A DNA stretch of 64,000 nt from Myxococcota bacterium (GCA_965250285.1 OZ252299.1:4020368-4084367), one strand, 5' to 3'. Counted from the first letter of the stretch, positions 10,730 to 20,613 are shown. The notes: generated by a model not told the origin, from the letters alone. A program made the numbers and translations.

Positions 10730-12079
10730 CTAGGCAGGCGCTTTCGTGAAGCTCAGCCGCAGCTCGAGGGTCCCGAGCATGATACCGGGCTGATGGACGA
10801 ACGTGTTGCCGGGTGCGTACTCGAGCGACTCGATCCGGTCCAAGAGTCGCCCCCACGCGAGCTGCTGTTCGAGCCGCGAGATCGGCGCGCCAGGACACGT
10901 GCGGGGGCCCTGCGAGAACGCGAGATGACCGGCGACGCGCTTGCGGTCGAGATCGAGATCGTACGGGCACTCGTACTGATCTGGATCGACGTTGCCGGCG
11001 CCGAAGCGCAGGTGCAGCAGCGAGCCAGCGGGGACCTCGACACCCTGGAACACCTCGTCGCGGGTGGTGATGCGCGTCGATAGCCCCTGGGTCGGCGCGC
11101 GCAGCCGCATCGCCTCTTCGGTGAAGGCGCGAATCTTCGACCGATCTCCGCGCAGCGTGCGCATCAGCTCGGGGTCGTCGCACAGCAGCTGTGCCTGTTG
11201 CTCGAGCGCGTACTGGGTCGTCTCGAGGCCGCCGAGCATCATCGCGTAGACGATGCCCGCGATCTCGGCATCGTGCAGCTTGCGGCCGAGCGCCTCGTAG
11301 GTCACGTCGGCCAGAAAGCTGATCATGTCGTCGGCGGGCTGGGCGCGCTTCGCCTCGATCTGCTCGCGCACGTACTCGTCGAAGCCCGCGAGCGCCTGCA
11401 TCTGTTCGGCCGATTGATCGGGCGTGAGCTGATTGCGGTGCCCCCGACCGTGGACGAACGACATGACCATCGCGGTGCCCCAATCGGCCAGCCGCGGGAT
11501 GTCCTCGGCCGGAAACCCGAGCACGTGTGCGGCGACGTGCTGGGGGAGCGGCCGCGCGAACTCGCCGACGAATTCGACCTCACCGCGATCGATGAACGCG
11601 TCGATCAACTCGTCCGCAGCGCGCACGATCATCTCTTCGTGCCGGGTCGAACCCGGGCCGACGAAGGGATCGGTCAGCTCCAGCTTGTGCGTGCGATACA
11701 GGGCCTGGGTGGGACGCAGAGTCGCCATCGAGGCCAGCATCGTGCCGAACGCGACGGGAAAGTGCGGTTCGCCGCCGTCGGCGTAGGCCTGCTCGACCTG
11801 CGGGCGCATCGCCTCGACCGCCAGCGTGATGGTCGCTCGAAAGCGCTCGGGATCCTTCACCACTCGGGCGATGTCCGAATACTTCGTGAGCACATACCCG
11901 TCGGTGCCCGGCGTCAGCCCCTCGCCCTCGAGCTTCTGCACCGGCGCCTGCTCGTGCAGGATCGGATACGCGTCGTACCAGTGTTCCTGGCTGCCGGCAC
12001 CGAACAGATCCACGTCATCGAGGTGGACGGGGCACTTCATCGGGCCAGCGGCGTGCTTCGGTGTCTTGGTCGACTTCAT
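10730..12079 (-). CDS. Cytochrome P450
   Basis: GGLETT I-helix, EAMR (ExxR), FSQGPRTCPG heme ligand. Confidence 0.95.
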   Translation of the reverse strand: MKSTKTPKHAAGPMKCPVHLDDVDLFGAGSQEHWYDAYPILHEQAPVQKLEGEGLTPGTDGYVLTKYSDIARVVKDPERFRATITLAVEAMRPQVEQAYADGGEPHFPVAFGTMLASMATLRPTQALYRTHKLELTDPFVGPGSTRHEEMIVRAADELIDAFIDRGEVEFVGEFARPLPQHVAAHVLGFPAEDIPRLADWGTAMVMSFVHGRGHRNQLTPDQSAEQMQALAGFDEYVREQIEAKRAQPADDMISFLADVTYEALGRKLHDAEIAGIVYAMMLGGLETTQYALEQQAQLLCDDPELMRTLRGDRSKIRAFTEEAMRLRAPTQGLSTRITTRDEVFQGVEVPAGSLLHLRFGAGNVDPDQYECPYDLDLDRKRVAGHLAFSQGPRTCPGAPISRLEQQLAWGRLLDRIESLEYAPGNTFVHQPGIMLGTLELRLSFTKAPA

Positions 12080-12184
12080 GCTTGGATCGCCTCGTTCCCC
12101 CGGTGCAGAGGGTGCGCAGGCCGGCGGCGCCCTGCAATGCGCCGATCGCGGACGATCGGTGTCCGATCCACCGGGGGCGCGCCC

Positions 12185-12673
12185 TCAGCCGATCGCGTAG
12201 ACGCGGTAGCCGAGGCCACGGGGCGCGAAGCGCCCCACGCCGACGCACACCACGTCGTTCAACCACAGGTAGCGTTCATCGCCGGTGCGGAAGATCGGCG
12301 TCGTTCGCAGGTAGTAGTCGGCCGGATCGCAGGCCGCGATGTCGATCGGCCCCTCGAAGGCCGCCTCGGGCAACAGAACGAGCCCCTCGTAGCGGACGTA
12401 GATCTTGGCGCCGTCGTGGGTCTCCCAGACGGCGCGGGCATCGATCTTCATCGAGTGGCGACCATCGTTCGAGATCGCCGGCCAGTCGCCGCCGCCCGGC
12501 AGCACGCGGCCCCGCATGCGCGGCCCCTCGAACTCGCCCTGCTCGATGTAGTCGATCATTGTGGCGCCGAAGGGCGAGTCGATGCGACCGGGACCGTCAC
12601 TGCGCGCCGTCACGCGCACGTCGCAGATCGCCTCGCCGCGCAGCTCGAGGGGTTCGAAGAAGGCTCGGTCCAT
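12185..12673 (-). CDS. DUF3237 family protein
   Basis: GEFEGPRMRGRVLPGGGDW, TxDGAxIY, YYLRTTPIFRTGDERYLWLN. Confidence 0.88.
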   Translation of the reverse strand: MDRAFFEPLELRGEAICDVRVTARSDGPGRIDSPFGATMIDYIEQGEFEGPRMRGRVLPGGGDWPAISNDGRHSMKIDARAVWETHDGAKIYVRYEGLVLLPEAAFEGPIDIAACDPADYYLRTTPIFRTGDERYLWLNDVVCVGVGRFAPRGLGYRVYAIG

Positions 12674-12752
12674 CGCACGGCTCCGTTCGACGTCGGCCCA
12701 CATGGGCGCGGGTACACGTGCAGGGTAACTTGCCGGGACCGAGGAGGGTGGC

Positions 12753-13127
12753 ATGTCGGACGTCGCCGAGCAGAACAAGCAGCGCGTGCGCGAGATCATC
12801 GACCGGATCGTGAACCAAGGCGATGTCGATCTGGCGGACGCGTACTACCGCGAAGACTACATCCAGCACAATCCACTCGTCGCTCAGGGCCGCGCCGGCC
12901 TCAAGACGCTGCTGCGCCAGATGCATGCTTCCGGCAAACCGCGTCAGGCCGAGATCGTGCTGATCAACGCCGAGGACGACATGGTGTGGGCGCTGCTTCG
13001 CTGGTCGGGCGGCGACGTGGCCCCGGGCACGCCGGCCCTGCAGGTCTCGACCGAGGTGTTTCGCGTCGAAGACGGCATGATGGCCGAACACTGGGATTGC
13101 ATTCAGGTCGGCCCCGAGCCCGGCTGA
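12753..13127 (+). CDS. SnoaL-like / NTF2 (ester cyclase-like) protein
   Basis: EQNK, YIQHNP, FRVEDGMMAEHWD; GAGGAGG RBS. Confidence 0.85.
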   Translation: MSDVAEQNKQRVREIIDRIVNQGDVDLADAYYREDYIQHNPLVAQGRAGLKTLLRQMHASGKPRQAEIVLINAEDDMVWALLRWSGGDVAPGTPALQVSTEVFRVEDGMMAEHWDCIQVGPEPG

Positions 13128-13158
13128 CGGACCAGACCCACCCATCGAGGAAACGAAC

Positions 13159-13563
13159 ATGGCCACGTTGCTCGTCCACATCCGTGTCAAGCCAGGCGCC
13201 GAGCGCGACTTCGAGGACATCGCGCGCGTGCTCTACCGCGAGACCCACGCCCACGACACCGGCTGCCTTCGATACGAGTACTGGCGCGGATCCGAGCCCC
13301 GGCTCTACTACTCGCTGCTGTCGTTCGACGACTACCACGCGTTCATGCGGCACCAGACGAGCGATCACCACGAAGAGGAGTCGCCGCGCATCGGCGAGCT
13401 CTGCGAAGACCTGAAGCTCGAGTGGGTCGACCCGGTGCCCGGCGCCTGCGAAGCCTCTCCCACCGAGATGCAGCCCCTGCCCGACGGTGCCGACGAGAAG
13501 ACCGAGCTCTATCACCGCATCTTCGCGGCCGTCGTGCAGGAATGGTGGCCGCGCCCGGCCTGA
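13159..13563 (+). CDS. Antibiotic biosynthesis monooxygenase (ABM) domain protein
   Basis: VKPGAE, GCLRYEY, HQTSDHH pattern. Confidence 0.75.
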   Translation: MATLLVHIRVKPGAERDFEDIARVLYRETHAHDTGCLRYEYWRGSEPRLYYSLLSFDDYHAFMRHQTSDHHEEESPRIGELCEDLKLEWVDPVPGACEASPTEMQPLPDGADEKTELYHRIFAAVVQEWWPRPA

Positions 13564-13688
13564 GACGTTTCGACCCGCCGCCGGATCGCTTTCGGTAGAC
13601 TCATTGCCAACGACCGTGCGCCGGTCGCGCGCCCACTCGAGGCGCGGGCCATGCCGATCCCCATGCCAGACAACCGGAGAGCCTCCCC

Positions 13689-14153
13689 ATGCCCGGATCG
13701 ACCCTTCGCCTTGCACTGCTCTGCGTCGTCGCGCTCGCGTCGGCGCTCTGCCTCGCCTCGATCGCGTCGAGTCAAGACATCACGATGGGCAACGGCGAGA
13801 AGAGTGCGATCGACGTAGAGGGCATTGAGCGCGAAGGCCGCGTGCTCGAGTTCGACGAGGTGACCCTCGAGAAGCCGGGGTGGCTCGTGCTGCATCCGTT
13901 CAAGGACGGCAAGCCGAACGGGAAGATCTACGTCGGCGCAACGTATCTGCCGGCCGGCACCCACGAAGACGTCGAGGTCACGGTACAGACCGCCCCCGAG
14001 CCCGAGACCGGCACGATGTACGTGATCATGCTCCACGAGGACGTGAACGACGATCAGACCTTCGACTTCGTCTTCGTCGACGAGAACAACGTGGCAGACA
14101 AGGCGGTCTTCGAGGGGACGACGATGATCGCCCACATCATCGCAGCGCCCTGA
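13689..14153 (+). CDS. Secreted protein, DUF7282-like
   Basis: Signal peptide; GWLVLH...YLPAGTHEDVEV...MLHEDVNDDQTFDF. Confidence 0.6.
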   Translation: MPGSTLRLALLCVVALASALCLASIASSQDITMGNGEKSAIDVEGIEREGRVLEFDEVTLEKPGWLVLHPFKDGKPNGKIYVGATYLPAGTHEDVEVTVQTAPEPETGTMYVIMLHEDVNDDQTFDFVFVDENNVADKAVFEGTTMIAHIIAAP

Positions 14154-14166
14154 GACGATCGCGCGA

Positions 14167-15303
14167 TCAGATCGGCTGACGCGCCATCTTGCGCAGGGCG
14201 CCGAGCTTCGCCGAGTCGGGGACGAGACGCAGCACGGCGTCGCGGGCTCGGCACGTCCACCGACCCTCGAGCTGCCCGACCTGCCCCAGTCGACGCGACT
14301 GATTCTGCACCCAGCGGACACGCGAGATGCGGCGGTCGTAGAGCCGAGGCAGCAGCGCGTCGACCGAGAGCCGCTCCTGCAATAGATCGGCGAGGACCCA
14401 GGCGTCTTCGAGCGCCATCGCGGCGCCCTGGCCGATGTTGGGCGTCATGGCGTGCGCGGCGTCCCCGAGCAGGAGCACCCGGCCAGCGAACCACGGCCCG
14501 TCGACCCGCTCTTCGAGGTCGTTGTGAATCAGCTCCTCGGGCTTGCGCAGCGCGTCGAGCACGGCCGGGATCTGCCCACCGAACTCGGCAAACGTCGCTC
14601 GAAAACGCTCGATGCGACCCTCGGGCGGGTCGGGCCGGCCGCGCGGCGCGTTCGCGGTGGCGAAGCAGTAGCTGCGGCCGCCGCTGATCGGCACGACGCC
14701 GAAGCGCTTGCCTCGACCCCACATCTCGCGCAGCGCGACCTCGTCAGATTCGAGGTCGACGACACACCGCCAGCACGTGTAGCCGGAATACGAGAGCGCC
14801 TCGGGCCCGAAGAGCAGCTCGCGTACTCGTGATCGCACGCCGTCGGCGCCAATGACGAGCCCGAAACGCTCCTCTCGGCCGTCGGTGAGCCGAACGTCCA
14901 CCGCATCGCCGCGCTGCTCGATCTCGTCGACGCTCGTGCCGAGCGAGATCGGCACGCCCTTCGCCGCCTCGAGCAGCACGTCGTGCAGCTCGGCGCGATG
15001 CAACGCAATGGTCGGGCCGAACTCGGGCTCGAGGAGCGCGAAGTCGGTGCTGCCGATCGGCCGGTCGAGGTGGTCGGTGATCGCACCGCGGCCGAGCGCC
15101 GTGCCGACTTCGACAATGCGGTCTGCGAGGCCGAGCTCACGCATCACGCGCATGGCGTTCACACCGAGCACGATGCCGGCCCCGATGGGTGCCCAGGCCT
15201 CGGTGCGTTCAACGACTTCGCAGGGGACGCCCGCGCGCGCGAGGCCCACGGCCGTCGCCAGGCCGCCGATCCCGCCCCCGACGATGAGTGTGCGCTCGGT
15301 CAT
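14167..15303 (-). CDS. FAD-dependent monooxygenase
   Basis: GGGIGG, GADGVRSRVR, LLGDAAHAMTPNIGQG; start overlaps the TetR stop. Confidence 0.93.
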   Translation of the reverse strand: MTERTLIVGGGIGGLATAVGLARAGVPCEVVERTEAWAPIGAGIVLGVNAMRVMRELGLADRIVEVGTALGRGAITDHLDRPIGSTDFALLEPEFGPTIALHRAELHDVLLEAAKGVPISLGTSVDEIEQRGDAVDVRLTDGREERFGLVIGADGVRSRVRELLFGPEALSYSGYTCWRCVVDLESDEVALREMWGRGKRFGVVPISGGRSYCFATANAPRGRPDPPEGRIERFRATFAEFGGQIPAVLDALRKPEELIHNDLEERVDGPWFAGRVLLLGDAAHAMTPNIGQGAAMALEDAWVLADLLQERLSVDALLPRLYDRRISRVRWVQNQSRRLGQVGQLEGRWTCRARDAVLRLVPDSAKLGALRKMARQPI

Positions 15304-15998
15304 TGTGACTCTCCCCTTCTTCTCTTTCGTCTCACTCGTTTCTTCGCGGGTTCGGTCACCGCGATCCCCTGGAGCTGGAGCTCCAGCGAACGGCGCAGAC
15401 CGCGTTCGGCGGCCGTTTGCCCGACGGCGCCGGTGCCCAGCCAGAGCTGAACCCAGAGCACGTAGTGCGCGCCGAGCGCTTGCGTGAGCTCGGCGACCGA
15501 GCAGTCGCCCCGCAGCTCGCCGCCTGCCACGCCGTCTTCGACGATCCGACGCACGCGACCGAAGAACTCGGCCGACTGCCGCTTCATGCCGTCGGTCTGA
15601 TCGGGTCGGTAGAGCAGATCCTGCACGAAGACGCTGGCGAGCGGTCGATCGCGGCCGTACATGCGAAGCAACGCCCCGAACAGCGTCATCGCACCTTCGA
15701 GCACGCTCTCGCCGGGGCGCAGGCCCGTCGGCACGCGCGCGAAGACGCGGGTCGCGAGGGGCTCGAAGATCAGGAAGAGCAGCTCGCGCTTGTCCTTCAC
15801 ATACAGAAAGAGCGTGCCCGTCGCGATCCCGGCGTGCTCGCAGATCTGGCGCCCCGTCGTCGCTTCGAAGCCCTGCTCGCGAAAGAGCTCGGTCGCCGCC
15901 GCAATGATGCGCGCGAGCTTCTCGCGCTTGTTCTGCTCGCGGCGCCCTTCCCCGGCGCGTGAGGCGGCGGGGGTCGGCCTTGCAGCTGTCGGGGAAAT
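15300..15998 (-). CDS. TetR/AcrR family regulator (start uncertain; ATT at 15998 proposed)
   Basis: IIAAATELFREQGFEATT..ICEHAGIATGTLFLY HTH. Confidence 0.88.
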   Translation of the reverse strand: MSPTAARPTPAASRAGEGRREQNKREKLARIIAAATELFREQGFEATTGRQICEHAGIATGTLFLYVKDKRELLFLIFEPLATRVFARVPTGLRPGESVLEGAMTLFGALLRMYGRDRPLASVFVQDLLYRPDQTDGMKRQSAEFFGRVRRIVEDGVAGGELRGDCSVAELTQALGAHYVLWVQLWLGTGAVGQTAAERGLRRSLELQLQGIAVTEPAKKRVRRKRRRGESQ

Positions 15999-16013
15999 CG
16001 GCGGGCCTCCATA

Positions 16014-16035
16014 AAAAATGATCGTGATCAGTTTT
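16014..16035. promoter_or_regulatory. Probable TetR operator, AAAAATGATCGTGATCAGTTTT
   Basis: AT-rich imperfect palindrome overlapping an extended -10-like TGCTAAAACT on the minus strand, directly upstream of tetR. Confidence 0.65.
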
Positions 16036-16514
16036 AGCACAGCCGTGCCGGCGCGCACACGCGGGGCGCGCCGAAGGCACGCGAGCGCCGCTCCCCCGAC
16101 GCGCGCGCCGACTCGACGGCAATGACGCATTGCACCGCAAACGACGGGCGATGGAGGCATTGCGCATGTCAACGAATCGCGTTCGTATTCGAATGTGCGA
16201 TCCCGCCTCGGCGTTGAGGTCGATCAGAGACGAGAGTGGGGGTTTTCACCGAGCGATGACGAAGAGAGTGTCACCCGACGCACGCGCTTCGCGAAACGTT
16301 GTAGTGACACCCCTTCACTCCACCGTTCATCCTGATCGATGCATACGCGACAGTACGCCGCTCCGCGCAAGTCCAATGAAACTCCATTGTGTCACCTCTT
16401 GCCGTGCGCGCGCTTCCGACGTAATCGTTCGAACGGGGAAAGTCTTGTTGTTTCGAGGCCATGGCCGGTCGACAGCGCTTTCGGTCACCGCGCACGTGGT
16501 GTGGGGGAGGCACG

Positions 16515-19451
16515 ATGGTCACTCGCGTCGTCTGCGGCTCACGCTCGGTTCACTCCAACATCATTCGCACATGCTTCACGGTGCTGTGCCTGTTGGCCCT
16601 CGCGATCCCCATCGGCGACGCGATGGCGCAAGACCCCGAAGATGTCCCGGTCGAGATCGACGAGGTCACGGCCGAAGAGATCCCCGAGGTCGACGAGTTC
16701 GATGAGATCGACGAGGTCGTCGACATCGATGACGACCCGACCGCCGACGACATCCCCGCCGCCGATCAAGCCAACATCGGCGGAGAAGAGCCGAGCGGCC
16801 GGGGCATCGAAACCATCACCGTGACCGCGCGCAAGCGCGAAGACGACCTTCAGGACGTCCCGATCCCGATGACCGCCTTCTCGGGCCAGACCCTCGACGT
16901 CAACCGCATCGAAGACACGCTCGATCTCCAGTTCAACGTGCCGAACCTTCTCTTCAGCCGGACGAACTTCACGGGCTCGAACCTGCAGATTCGCGGCATC
17001 GGCAATCAGGTCGTCGCCGCGAGCGGAGAACCTGCGATCGGTATCCACGTCAATGAAGTCCCGCTGACCGCTTCTCGGCTCTTCGAGCAGGAGTTCTTCG
17101 ACATCGAGCGCATCGAGGTGCTGCGCGGTCCCCAGGGCACGCTCTTCGGACGCAATGCGACGGGTGGCGCGTTCAATATCTACACGCGCAAGCCCACTGA
17201 TGAGTACGAGGCCACTGGCGAGGTCTCGGCCGGCAACTACAAGTCGGCCCGCGTGAAGGGTGCGGTGAACATTCCGCTCACCGACAGCCTGCGCACGCGC
17301 GTCGCCGGCATGTACCTGCGACGCGACGGGTTCATCGAGAATCTCAATACCGGCAACGACATCGACGACCGAAGCCTCTACGGCGTGCGCGGCAGCATCA
17401 TCTGGGAGCTGACCGACAACTTCTCGATGGACGGCATGGTCTCGTGGTTCAAAGAGAACGACAAGCGCTCTCGGATCGGCAAGCAGCTGTGTACGAAGGA
17501 CGACCGCCCAGGCGTCTACAGCCTCGGCTGCACGGACGCGCCACCGACGACCGAGAGCGTCGCGAGCTATGCGACGCTCGGCGGCATCCTCGAGCAGCAC
17601 ACGATTCCGCTGCTCGGCCCGTTCTTCGGTCCCCCCTTCGACACGCTGCAGCCGCTCTACACCCCCGGCTACGACCTGCCAGCGATTGGCGTCGTCTCGG
17701 ACCCCTTCGATGCCGAAGGCTTCAACCCGCCCGACCTGCGACAGCACTTCTCGCGGATCGACCCCAGCTACGAGGCGGACGAGCTCTTTGCGAATCTCGC
17801 CTTCAACTTCGATCAGGACTACGGCTCATTCAAGGCCCTCTTCGGGTACCAGAAGACCTCGATTCACACCGTGCAGGACTACAACATGGGGTCGCCGACG
17901 ATCCCGTACAACAATGCCGCCGGCCTCGCCGCGGCCATCGCGCTCGCCGGCATGACGAACTGCACGTCGGCCTCGGGCAACCCCGGCTTCACCGACGATC
18001 GCTTCGGCTGGGACTTCGGCTGCGCCGACCGCAGCTTCGCTCAGGACAACTCGGATGCGGAGGCGGTGCAGGTGAGCGCCGAAGGCCGCTTCACGTCGGA
18101 CTTCGACGGCCCGTTCAACTTCACGGCCGGCATGATCTACACCTACTTCAGCGTCAGCACCGACTACCGCGTCTTCTTCTCGGGCGCCGAGCTGGCGTCG
18201 CGCATCTGGTCGCTGATCGATACGTCATACGACGTCGAGAACCTGCGGCACTTCAACAACGAGTCCGATCCGGCCCGCACGAAGTCGTTCGGCCTCTTCG
18301 CCGAGGGCGAGTACGAGTTTGGCGAGAGCTGGACCTTCACCGGCGGCCTCCGGTACACCAACGACCAGAAGGAACAGCGCTCCCGCAACTACCTGCTGAA
18401 CGGGTTCCTCACCGGCAGCACGAGCTCGCTGCCTCAGTTCGAGAAGCAGGAGGCGTCGTGGAACGAGGTCACGGGCCGCGCGATCATCCAGAAGGATCTC
18501 GACCTCGACTTCGCCGATCAAGCCAACGTCTTCCTATCATACTCACGCGGCTACAAGCCCGGCGGCTTCAATCCGCCGGCCGCGGCGGATTTCCCCGGCA
18601 CGAGCGAGACGTTCGACCCCGAGTACATCAACGCCTACGAGCTGGGCACCAAGGCGCGGTGGCTCGAGAACACGCTGCAAACCAACGCGAGCGTGTTCTT
18701 CTATGACTACAGGGGCTATCAGATCTCGAAGATCGTGAACCGCACGTCGGTGAACGAGAACGTCGATGCGTTTGTCTGGGGCGCCGAGCTCGAGCTCGTC
18801 TATGAGGTCATCGAGAACTTCTTCTTCACGACGAACTTCGCCTACCTCGGCACCAAGATTCGCGATGCCGAGTCGCTCGATCCGGCCGATCCGGTCGGGG
18901 GCGAGCCGGGTTGGGCTGCGATCAAGCGGCTTGACAACGCATCGAACATCGTGTGTGTATCTGCGGATGGCATCAACTGCGACATTCCTCCGCCCGCAGA
19001 GGGCTCAGCCGAGCCCTTTTTCCCGGCCACATACGAGGACGCAGATGGCAATCTGAACCCAGGCTACGCAGAAGGCTTTGCCAAAGACCTGAACGGCAAT
19101 GAGCTGCCGAACGCGCCCAAATTCAACATCAACATCGGCGCGAGCTACACGTTCAAGCTGATCGTCCCCGGCGAGTTCACACCGCGCATCAGCTACTACT
19201 GGCAGAGCGAGATGTACGGCCGGCTCTTCAATAGCGAGCGCGACAAGATCGGAGCATGGTCACAGGCGAACGCCGGGCTTCGCTGGAACGACGACGAGAA
19301 CCGCGTCTGGGTCGATTTCTGGATCCAGAACTTCACGAACAACAACGACATCACGACGCAGTACTTCACCGACGCGAGCTCGGGCAACTTCACGAACGTG
19401 TTCCTGCTCGACCCGCTGACGGTCGGCGGCACGGTCGGCTTCAGCTTCTAG
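16515..19451 (+). CDS. TonB-dependent receptor
   Basis: Signal peptide, IETITVTARKRE TonB box, ERIEVLRGPQGTLFGRNATGGA plug, YSRGYKPGGFN, terminal Phe; GGAGG before ATG 16515. Confidence 0.96.
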   Translation: MVTRVVCGSRSVHSNIIRTCFTVLCLLALAIPIGDAMAQDPEDVPVEIDEVTAEEIPEVDEFDEIDEVVDIDDDPTADDIPAADQANIGGEEPSGRGIETITVTARKREDDLQDVPIPMTAFSGQTLDVNRIEDTLDLQFNVPNLLFSRTNFTGSNLQIRGIGNQVVAASGEPAIGIHVNEVPLTASRLFEQEFFDIERIEVLRGPQGTLFGRNATGGAFNIYTRKPTDEYEATGEVSAGNYKSARVKGAVNIPLTDSLRTRVAGMYLRRDGFIENLNTGNDIDDRSLYGVRGSIIWELTDNFSMDGMVSWFKENDKRSRIGKQLCTKDDRPGVYSLGCTDAPPTTESVASYATLGGILEQHTIPLLGPFFGPPFDTLQPLYTPGYDLPAIGVVSDPFDAEGFNPPDLRQHFSRIDPSYEADELFANLAFNFDQDYGSFKALFGYQKTSIHTVQDYNMGSPTIPYNNAAGLAAAIALAGMTNCTSASGNPGFTDDRFGWDFGCADRSFAQDNSDAEAVQVSAEGRFTSDFDGPFNFTAGMIYTYFSVSTDYRVFFSGAELASRIWSLIDTSYDVENLRHFNNESDPARTKSFGLFAEGEYEFGESWTFTGGLRYTNDQKEQRSRNYLLNGFLTGSTSSLPQFEKQEASWNEVTGRAIIQKDLDLDFADQANVFLSYSRGYKPGGFNPPAAADFPGTSETFDPEYINAYELGTKARWLENTLQTNASVFFYDYRGYQISKIVNRTSVNENVDAFVWGAELELVYEVIENFFFTTNFAYLGTKIRDAESLDPADPVGGEPGWAAIKRLDNASNIVCVSADGINCDIPPPAEGSAEPFFPATYEDADGNLNPGYAEGFAKDLNGNELPNAPKFNINIGASYTFKLIVPGEFTPRISYYWQSEMYGRLFNSERDKIGAWSQANAGLRWNDDENRVWVDFWIQNFTNNNDITTQYFTDASSGNFTNVFLLDPLTVGGTVGFSF

Positions 19452-19470
19452 TGGACTGAGCCAGGCCGGC

Positions 19471-20613
19471 CTAGAGGATCAAGGCGGCGAGCTTGCGCCG
19501 CTGGAAGAGCGCGTCACCGAATTGGCTCTCGCCCCAGATCGCGCGGCGGCGATACAGGCCGGCGTCGCACTCGTACGTGAAGCCGTAGCCACCGTGGAAC
19601 TGGATCGCGCGGTCGCCCACGAACGCGAGCGCCGGGCCAGCGGCCGCCTTCGCCATGCGCACGGCGACCTCTCCTTCTTCGCCGCGCTCGAATGTGTGGG
19701 CCGCCGCGTAGACGTGCGACCGCGCCTGCTCGATGCGCACGTGCGCATCGACCGTCGTGTGCTTGAGTGCCTGGTACGCGCCGATCGGGCGCCCGAACTG
19801 CTTGCGCGTCACCAGCCGCTCGACCGTCGTGTCGATGCAGCTCGCGCCGGCGCCGACCATGTCGGCGCTGGCGAGCAACGCGCCAGCGAGCTCGAGCCGC
19901 GCGAGGCCGGCGTCGATCCGCCCCGCATCGAGCAGCGCGCCCGCGGGCACGCGCACGCCATCGAGCTCGAGCGCGAACGAGCGCCGCGTCTCGTCGATGA
20001 CAATCTCGCGCCGCATCGAGCAGGCCGCGAGCGCATCGGCATCGAGGAGCATCAGCGCCGCCCGCCCATCGAGCGTGACCGACACGATCGCGTACTGCGC
20101 CACGTGCGCATCGAGCACGAACGTCTTCGTGCCCGCGAGCGCGATCTCGCCCCCCTCGCGCTTCGCGGTGCATGCGCCGTGGGCGGCCTCCCAGTCGCCA
20201 CCGGGCTCGCTCAGGGCGAGTGTGGCCGGCTCGCCCGAGACGAGCTTCGGCAACACGTCGCGCTGCTGCGCCTCGGTCCCGGCCGCGATCAGCAGCTGCG
20301 CGGCGAGGGTCGTCGAGACGAATGGACCGGCCATCAGGCGGCGCCCCATCTGCTCGACGACTGGCACGGCCTCGGCGAGCTCGAGGCCGGCGCCGCCGAA
20401 GGCCTCCGGCACGGCGATCCCGAGCCAGCCGAGTTCGGCCACCTCGGCGAAGACCGACGGATCGTGGCCGACCTCGTCGTCGATGAGCTCGCGCACGCGC
20501 GACATCGGCGATTTGTCGTGGCAGTACTTCGAGGCCGACTCGAGCAGCTCGGCCTGCTCTTCGCTCAGGCCGATCCGGCCGGCCCGCTCACGCGCCGCGT
20601 CGAGATCACTCAT
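19471..20613 (-). CDS. Acyl-CoA dehydrogenase (short partner subunit type)
   Basis: RKQFGRPIGAYQALKH, IQFHGGYGFTYE; 4-bp overlap with the upstream ACAD. Confidence 0.92.
   Translation of the reverse strand: MSDLDAARERAGRIGLSEEQAELLESASKYCHDKSPMSRVRELIDDEVGHDPSVFAEVAELGWLGIAVPEAFGGAGLELAEAVPVVEQMGRRLMAGPFVSTTLAAQLLIAAGTEAQQRDVLPKLVSGEPATLALSEPGGDWEAAHGACTAKREGGEIALAGTKTFVLDAHVAQYAIVSVTLDGRAALMLLDADALAACSMRREIVIDETRRSFALELDGVRVPAGALLDAGRIDAGLARLELAGALLASADMVGAGASCIDTTVERLVTRKQFGRPIGAYQALKHTTVDAHVRIEQARSHVYAAAHTFERGEEGEVAVRMAKAAAGPALAFVGDRAIQFHGGYGFTYECDAGLYRRRAIWGESQFGDALFQRRKLAALIL

Noticed and set aside
14167-16167. 666-aa TetR-monooxygenase fusion, and similar long ORFs at 27715-29517, 30077-32296 and 9783-11483
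   Set aside because: The N-terminal extensions are off-frame read-through of neighbouring genes; the real starts are internal, with RBS or stop overlap.
16040-16514. Cobalamin or TPP riboswitch before the TonB receptor
   Set aside because: No B12-box or CTGAGA-type core seen; only generic stems, reported separately.
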